Assembly (NCBI GenBank): GCA_963703955.1
Contig: CAVPGK010000018.1
Coordinates: 32,001 to 96,000 of the forward strand
Reading direction: 5' to 3'
DNA length: 64,000 bases
DNA from: Nitrospirota bacterium
GTDB taxonomy: Bacteria; Nitrospirota; Nitrospiria; Nitrospirales; Nitrospiraceae
Positions 57,513-64,000 of the stretch are shown here, piece by piece. The translations under genes were made by a program, and so were the position numbers. The notes beneath the pieces were generated by a model. It did no database searches, was not told where the DNA came from, and worked only from the letters and a program-made list of their open reading frames with translations. The first letter of the stretch is position 1. The number at the start of each line of letters is the position of its first letter.

Positions 57513-58588
57513 CTATGCACCGGCCAGCGCGTTCAGTTTAGCTCGGAGGTCGTCAACGAACGGCTTGATCTTTTCGCCCACACCTGGCGTTGCCATCACC
57601 TTGTCGATCAGCAGCACCAACTTTGAACTCAGCCCCGTGAACACGGTCAAAACCTTCTCCTTGGCGTCAGCGGGCAACTTATCAATCGAGCCACGGAGGG
57701 AATCGAGCTTGACCGTGAGGTCCTTCAGTTTCGGCATGGCAGCCTGGGCGGACGCGGCATCCTTCATGTCAGTAAAGACATCGGTCGCCGATCGGAAGAA
57801 GTCAGTCACCTGTGTCGTCAAACCAGCGACCTGGTCGGTCATGCTAGGGACCGGACTGGTTTGGCGCGGGGTACTCTTGCTGCTGACCCCCCCCACCACA
57901 GCAAACCCACCAGACCGAGGATCGCGAGTGCAGGAATCAGCCAGCGGAGGGTGGAAGAGCCTGAGGCAACAGCCGTCCGTGAGACTTTTTCAGCCTCCGA
58001 CACGGCGGTTCGCCCACCGCGCAACGCCGCTCCAGCGGCGCCGGTGGCCCATTCGCTCAGCGCGCCGATTCCAGGAACGTTGGACAGTAGATTGCTCAGC
58101 CCAGCGGGCATGGCATTCATAATATTCTGCTGCTGCCCCTCGAATAGCCTGGTCAGGCCGCCAGGACTCATATCTTGCGCATAGCGCTTCACCACACCGA
58201 GTGCAAGCGGAGCGAGCGTGCCCACCAGCGATGACATTGACGTGTTGCTCATTCCCGTAAATCGGCTGAGCGCCCCGGCGAGGCCGGAGGACGCGGCGTT
58301 ACCGAATAATGAACCGAGCAGTGTGGTCCCCATGTCCAGGACGGACTGTTTGCCGGTCAAGGACTGAGCGAAGTTACCGAGCACATTGTCGTCAAGCCCT
58401 TTCAGCGTCGAGGCGAGCTTGGTTGCGCCATCCTGGGTGGACGCGAGCTTCCCGACCGCCGCCAGAAGGGCCGGTACGATGGCATTGGATGCCTCCCGGG
58501 TGGTATCCGGACTGGTTCCGAGCATCTCTGCAAATTTTCCGATCATATCGCTGTTCAATTGGCCCTTTACGAGGTCAACGAGGTTCAT
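57513..58588 (-). pseudogene. DUF937-family membrane-anchored protein, split at a G8 tract (57887-57894)
   Basis: ORF 57839..58588 (helical DUF937-like, TM WLIPALAILGLVGLLWW) continues in ORF 57513..57899 if one G is added. Confidence 0.75.
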
Positions 58589-58656
58589 AGTTTTGCCTCC
58601 TTTGGCAGATACCCTTGGTGATTAGGAGAATTGAGGTGTGAGTTTCGAAGGGTGGC

Positions 58657-58685
58657 ATCATACAGCGGAGGGGTCATAGGAGCAA
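58657..58685 (-). promoter_or_regulatory. sigma70-type promoter of the DUF937 gene
   Basis: TTGCTC, 17 nt, TATGAT on the minus strand; AGGAGG RBS downstream. Confidence 0.55.
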
Positions 58686-58738
58686 GACGAGCCGGGGGAA
58701 CTGCAAAGTTGACAGTGCTGCCTTCACCCCAAGCCGAA

Positions 58739-59578
58739 TCACCTGCGTGTTCCCCCGAACGTGTCGCAGACACTGGGATCGCCTGTCTGTAGTCCCCGAC
58801 GAAGCCACGTTACGCGCTGCTCGGACGAGCCGTGGGTCCAGCTTTCGGGCTGCACGTAGCCCTGCGATCTGTGCTGGAGACGGTCGTCACCGATTGCTGC
58901 AGCGGCGCGCAATCCTTCCTCGAAGTCTCCGGGTTCAATCAGATTCCGATCCCGTTTCGCATGGTGTCCCCATACACCGGCGAGACAGTCGGCTTGCAAT
59001 TCCATTCGCACGGAGAGCGCATTGGCCTCGGTTGTCGATGTCTGATGCCGGAGCCGGTTCACTCGTTCGGCGATACCGAGCTGGTTCTGAACATGATGAC
59101 CAATCTCATGTGCGATCACATACGCTTGGGCGAAATCTCCCGGCGCCCCCAACCGATGGCTGAGTTCGTCGAAAAATGACAGGTCCAGATAGACCCTCCC
59201 GTCCTCGGGACAATAAAACGGACCCACGGCGGCGGACCCTAAACCGCAACCTGATTGGACCGAACCGGTAAACAAGATCAGGCGCGGCTCCTGATAGTTC
59301 CGGCCCATTTTGGGAAAGAGCGCGCGCCAGGTATCTTCCGTGTCGGCTAGGATGACTGAGGCAAACTTGCCTAACTGGTCGCCCGGCGCGCCCGTCGGCG
59401 TGGGCGCATCGGCTTCGGAAGGAACGGAGATGTCCTGAATACCGCCAATCATGTTGAGAATCTGGAGCGGATTCGTTCCAGTCAAAAAACTGACCGCCAG
59501 AACAAGCACAATGCCGCCAATTCCAATACCACCACCTAGGCCAACCGGTCCGAGGCTACGCCGGTCCTCTGACGCCAT
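58739..59578 (-). CDS. YpfJ-like neutral zinc metallopeptidase, probably 5'-truncated
   Basis: EDRR..GGG, SGCG..GPFYCP.D, AYVIAHEIGHHVQ, ELQADC, THGSSEQR. Confidence 0.85.
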   Translation of the reverse strand: MASEDRRSLGPVGLGGGIGIGGIVLVLAVSFLTGTNPLQILNMIGGIQDISVPSEADAPTPTGAPGDQLGKFASVILADTEDTWRALFPKMGRNYQEPRLILFTGSVQSGCGLGSAAVGPFYCPEDGRVYLDLSFFDELSHRLGAPGDFAQAYVIAHEIGHHVQNQLGIAERVNRLRHQTSTTEANALSVRMELQADCLAGVWGHHAKRDRNLIEPGDFEEGLRAAAAIGDDRLQHRSQGYVQPESWTHGSSEQRVTWLRRGLQTGDPSVCDTFGGTRR

Positions 59579-59861
59579 ACGTGGATGCAAATATTGGTGG
59601 GACCTACGTCAACACAGATCTTGCATCTGGCCCTCCCGTCACCGGCTGTTTTTGGGATCCCTGGTTTGGCACCATTTGCGGACCGGTTCAGCCAACCAAG
59701 TCCGACACGTTTCTCACCTATGCGGTGGGGGGAGGTCTGCGATGGGACGTCAACCGCTATTTCTTCTTGCGTGGAGGTGTCAGACAGCAATGGATCGATC
59801 TCTCGTACACTGGCTGCCGGGGTTCACGACGTTCAAACTCGATTTCGGCTTCAAGTTCTGA
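59563..59861 (+). pseudogene. C-terminal fragment of an outer-membrane beta-barrel gene
   Basis: GPLTPYVDANIGGTY..TYAVGGGLRWDVNRYFFLRGG..(frameshift ~59813)..FKLDFGFKF*; terminal Phe signature, no 5' half. Confidence 0.7.
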
Positions 59862-59984
59862 TAGGGTCGCGCCGAACCAGGCCCATGCTGGTGTTTACGA
59901 ATCGCGTGCGTCAACAAGGCATTCCGACACCAGCATCGGGGATGTTGTGCTGAACGTCTCGTTGAAAAACGGCTGAAAGGGTTG

Positions 59985-61340
59985 ATGATTCGATTCACGG
60001 GAACTTGGCTCCTACTAAGCACGGCAGTCGCCCTTAATGCAGCGGGCTGCATCGGCATCGGAGGGAAATACTCCCCGCCGCTTGCCACAGTCACCGTAGA
60101 TTTCGCGACGCAGAAAGGACCGGCAACACAGCGTGCCAGCGGGTTTTTGCATAGTGTCACACCCACCGCACCCGGTGGTGACCTGCTGGATCCTGTCAAG
60201 CCACGCCTATTCCGACTCAATCCACAGGAAATAGCAAATGGGGAACTGCTTCGTCGCCTTGCGCGTTATGGCGCGGACGTTCAAGTCATCATGTCCGATC
60301 TCTATGGCTATTCTCAGTCACAAGCTTGGCCGGGAGACGGCGGCGACTGGACGAAGTGGGAGAACCTGGTGGAGCGCCTCGTGCTGGACGCCAAAGCCAA
60401 GGGAAATCGGGTGCTCTGGGACGTGTGGAACGAGCCGGACGACGAGACATTCTGGAAGCGAAACCAACAGCAGTTTTTTGAAACCTGGAGGAGAGCAGTC
60501 GTTAAAATCCGTCGGTTAGATCCCGATGCGGTGATCGTCGGTCCCAGCGCCAGCACCGGCGTGTGGGACTACCTCCATGAATTCTTGCTCTATGCAAAGG
60601 AGAAAGATGTGTTGCCTGACGTCGTCTCTTGGCATGAACTGTATCCCGGTAACCTTGAACATAACCATGCTGCGGCGGTGCGGCTATTTATGTCCGCCAA
60701 TGGAATTGCCGAGAGGCCGGTTTCCATCAATGAGTTTCAACAGGCCGAAGGGCGACACAAGCCAGGATTCGTCGTCGCGTGGCTGACTCACCTGGAAGAA
60801 GAAAAGCCGGATAGCGCCGCCTATACGTGCTGGGATGATCCACTGGGGCACTCGAATTGCTGGGAGCCCACCCTGGACGGATTGCTGACGATTGACAAGG
60901 AGACTCGCCCCGGTTGGTTCGCGCATAAGGGCTATGTCGATATCACAGGAACTCTCGTGCAGGTCGATTCTCAGGCTCACTCGATTGGGCCCAAGATTGT
61001 CGGTGTTGCCGGAATGCATGCAGATCGCCGATCAGCGCAGCTGCTCCTAGGGCGCAGAGAGATCTCCGATGCAACAGGATCAGGTGGTGTGACCGTGGTG
61101 TTTCAAAACATCTCTGAAGTCCCATATCTGATGAAAAATGGAACGGTTCTTGTGCAGGCAGAACGGATCCCTAACTCTGACTCGGGCCTCGCCAAATTGT
61201 CTCGCACGAAGGTGACGATCAATAGGAACTATCCGGTGTTGGACAATACCGTTCGCGTGGAACTCCCGGATTTCGATGCGTGGGGCGCCTATATCGTCAG
61301 ACTCAAAGAACCTGTGACCGAAGCGGCTTCTTCTCCGTAG
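59985..61340 (+). CDS. clan GH-A glycoside hydrolase (GH39-like), predicted lipoprotein
   Basis: Lipobox AAGC; WNEPD acid/base, VSWH, INEF nucleophile. Confidence 0.75.
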   Translation: MIRFTGTWLLLSTAVALNAAGCIGIGGKYSPPLATVTVDFATQKGPATQRASGFLHSVTPTAPGGDLLDPVKPRLFRLNPQEIANGELLRRLARYGADVQVIMSDLYGYSQSQAWPGDGGDWTKWENLVERLVLDAKAKGNRVLWDVWNEPDDETFWKRNQQQFFETWRRAVVKIRRLDPDAVIVGPSASTGVWDYLHEFLLYAKEKDVLPDVVSWHELYPGNLEHNHAAAVRLFMSANGIAERPVSINEFQQAEGRHKPGFVVAWLTHLEEEKPDSAAYTCWDDPLGHSNCWEPTLDGLLTIDKETRPGWFAHKGYVDITGTLVQVDSQAHSIGPKIVGVAGMHADRRSAQLLLGRREISDATGSGGVTVVFQNISEVPYLMKNGTVLVQAERIPNSDSGLAKLSRTKVTINRNYPVLDNTVRVELPDFDAWGAYIVRLKEPVTEAASSP

Positions 61341-62879
61341 TGACACCCAGGGCGCTCTCAGCACTCGTAGCCGCCCACTCCTTCAATTGCTTCCGATCAA
61401 CTTTGCCTGTCGAGTTGAGCGGCAATTCCGGCAACAGCTCGATAGCTTCAGGTACTTTATAAGCGGCGAGACGCGTGGCGGTAAATGCCTTGAGCTCTGC
61501 CCGGCTCGGAGCGAGCACATCTGTTTGAGCGACACGTAGGCCATGGGAACTTGGCCGACATGCGGATCTGGTTTTCCGACGACGCAGACGGATTTCACGG
61601 CCGGATGATCGCGAAGGACGTCTTCGACTTCCAGCGGCGAGATGTTTGACCCTCCACGGATGATGATCTCCTTACTGCGTCCCTCAAACCAGTAGTATCC
61701 ATCTGTGTCCATTCGTGCAAGGTCCCCAGTTCGGAGCCAGCCATCGTTCAATACCCTACGCGTCTCCTCCGCATCGTTCCAATATTCCAGCATGTTCGCG
61801 TCGCTTTTCACGAGAATCTCCCCGACTTCGCCTGTCGGAACATCGCGGCCGTCGGCATCCACCAGGCGCAAGCTGGTTCCGTGCACAGGTTTGCCGATCG
61901 ATCCTGGCCGCTTTGCGCCGAACGGGGGGTTCGTGGCATAGCTATAGGATTCCGTCATACCGCAGGTTTCCGTGACCTCTCCACCAGTAATGCGCCGGTA
62001 TTGCTGGTGCAGCTCACCCGGCACTTTGTCCCCGCCGACGAGGCAACACTTGACCGAACTGAGGTTGCAGGTAGCCGCATCGGGGTGTTGTAGGAGGTCG
62101 GCTAACGAGGTCGGCAAGAGCTGAATCTTGGTCGGTCGGTACGTGTTGATCGTGTGTAAAAGCGACGACGGCTCGAAGCTGGGGAGCAAGATTACCGTTC
62201 CGCCGACGCAGCCTGTCGTCAAGATCTGGCCCGCGAACCCTGCTATGTGACAGATGGCGAGTGAAACCAGGCTAATCTCCTCAGCGTCGATGCGCATCGT
62301 GTCGATCTGGTTCAACACGGTATGCCACAAGCTGAAGTGAGTGTGAACCACGCCTTTCGGCTTGGACGTCGTCCCGGAGGTGTACAGGATCACAGCACGG
62401 TCCTCTTCACGGACATCCCGTAAGCGGTCCTTGTGACCCGTGTCCTCCAGCAGTTCGGTAAAGTTATGCGCCAGCGGGAGGGCACCGGCGCTCGCCTCCC
62501 CGACCACGTAGCACCGCTCGATCTTCTTGATCTGCGCCTTGCCATATTCACGGCACAGCTCGTCTTGGACAATCAGGATTCTCACGCCGGCATGCTGGAT
62601 GGCATAGGCCACTTCCGGCGCCTTATACCGAGTGTTGAGCGGGACCGCGATAGCGCCGAGTTTGAAGCAGGCATAGTAACTGAGGATGAGCTCCGGGCAG
62701 TTCTTCATAGACAGTCCCACGCGATCTCCATGATTAACGCCTGCGCGCTGGAGTGATGTGGCGATCTGTTCTGTCTGCCTGTCGAGTTGCGTATAGGTCC
62801 ATTCGCGGTCACCGAAGATGAAGGCAGCCTTGATTGGATGGCGAGCCGCCGTAGTTCTGAGCATGTCACCTAAATGCAT
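61303..62879 (-). pseudogene. long-chain acyl-CoA synthetase (AMP-binding), frameshift near 61523; possibly a sequencing error
   Basis: YTSGTTSKPKG, GMTES, TGDLA, IIRGGSNI; the end YKVPEAI..LPLNSTGKVDR lies in ORF 61303..61518. Confidence 0.85.
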
Positions 62880-63144
62880 GGGATCCTCAACCGGAACCGC
62901 CAACTTTGGGCAAGGGCCAGTGAAGGGAGGTGGTTCCAGGGCACATTCGGATCGAATAGAAACCCTTCCGGTCTCCCTTGGCCCTTTCAGAAGATTCTCA
63001 GGTTCATGGCGTTTCGCGCATCACGCAGGTAGAGAAGCTTTCTTCATTTTGCCGCTCGGAACAGGTCAGGTGGGAATCTCAGAACGGCCCCTTGAACGCG
63101 GTCATCAAATAGTCTTCCGCGTAAGAAGGGGGTAAGCGAAAAGG

Positions 63145-64000
63145 CTAGATTTCCTCCACATCGGCAATAATGGTATGGAGGCCGGAAGCCCCGGCCGGCT
63201 GCGGCCTGACCAGCTCCGCGATCTGGAGTTGACCTTTCACATCGGTCGCGCGGACGGCGACTTGATATTTGCCCGGTTTGGGCGGTTGCCAGCGGTAGTT
63301 CCAGATGACCCAGCTATAGGGCGAGAGAGTCGGTTCCAATTCGGCCTCATTCCACGTTTTCCCTGCGTCGAAACTCAGTTCGACTTTAGTGATGGTCTGT
63401 GGTCCGCCGAAGGCGATGCCGCGGAAGGGCTGTTCTGGTCCGCGGAGGGTTTGGTAGTGCCCGGGGCTGTCGATCCGTGAAAATATCTTGATCGTCCCGT
63501 CATCGGTCCAGCCTTTGCGCTGCCAGTAGCCGAGGTAGTCGCCGTTGTACACTTCGATTTCCGTGATCCACTTCACATTCTTGATCCCGTACAGGCCCGG
63601 CACAATCAGTCGAAGCGGGAAGCCGTGGGCCTTCGGTAACTTCTCGCCGTTCATCAGATACGCCAACATGACATCGTCCTGCATCGCCCGGGCAAACGGA
63701 ATGCTGTCGTCGTATCCGTCGACGGCGCGAAAGATCACATCGCGTGCGGTCTCTTCGTCGACGCCGGCTTCTTGCAAGAGCTTCTTGAGGGAAATACCTC
63801 GCCACATGGCGTTGCCCAGACTGTCGCCGCCGGGCAGGGTGTCGATACACTCGAGCGTGGCAACCTGATCGAAGGCATCCCGGTTGAGGATGTCGCGCCA
63901 GCCGAGTTTCATCGGCGTCTTGACTTCGCCGGTGAGGGAAACCTTCCACTGCTCGATGTTGACTTCGCGTGAGAAGCCGACTGCTGAATCGGCGTAGTTC
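63145..64000 (-). CDS. sulfite-oxidase-family molybdopterin oxidoreductase, 5' end outside the window
   Basis: TLECID, GNAMWRG, MNGEKLPKAHGFPLRLIVPGLYGIKNVKW, C-terminal dimerisation domain; frame open to the window edge. Confidence 0.9.
   Translation of the reverse strand, partial: NYADSAVGFSREVNIEQWKVSLTGEVKTPMKLGWRDILNRDAFDQVATLECIDTLPGGDSLGNAMWRGISLKKLLQEAGVDEETARDVIFRAVDGYDDSIPFARAMQDDVMLAYLMNGEKLPKAHGFPLRLIVPGLYGIKNVKWITEIEVYNGDYLGYWQRKGWTDDGTIKIFSRIDSPGHYQTLRGPEQPFRGIAFGGPQTITKVELSFDAGKTWNEAELEPTLSPYSWVIWNYRWQPPKPGKYQVAVRATDVKGQLQIAELVRPQPAGASGLHTIIADVEEI

Noticed and set aside
62990..63140. Possible small ORF or gene remnant between the ligase and the molybdoenzyme
   Set aside because: No recognisable motif or RBS in any frame

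Overview
Chromosomal segment of a high-GC bacterium (about 60% by eye); gene content and protein style suggest Nitrospira/Nitrospirota (inference). Left to right: (1) small enzyme and TPR genes (aldo/keto reductase, O-methyltransferase, DCC thiol-oxidoreductase, TPR-metallopeptidase, MoCo-carrier-like, DUF4139); (2) a ~16 kb corrinoid uptake/salvage/remodelling locus under two cobalamin riboswitches (btuFCD, btuB, cbiA, pduO-type, cobQ, cobU, cobT, cobS, cbiB, cobD, cbiZ), with an internal ~100 bp duplication that brackets a VOC gene and a decayed Cys-rich gene; (3) a Chp/Pil-like chemosensory cluster with no CheR/CheB, headed by a periplasmic c-type heme protein and ending in a protein with a Thr-substituted Hpt-like domain, followed by a DnaA-box-like cluster; (4) lptF-lptG-fabF-acp-lpxD, a cold-shock gene with a terminator in its leader, a TPR + ExeA-like pair, a 2-hydroxyacid dehydrogenase and a large Fn3/NHL protein; (5) guaB-guaA-rluB-aspS; (6) an accessory tail with tandem lipoproteins, DUF2959, htpX, DUF937, a ypfJ/OMP deletion junction, a GH39-like hydrolase, an acyl-CoA synthetase and a sulfite-oxidase-family enzyme. 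At least seven single-base frameshifts are visible, four of them a base missing from a same-base run, so many may be long-read assembly errors. I saw no tRNA, rRNA, CRISPR array, transposase or prophage gene. All assignments come from reading motifs by eye; no database search was run.
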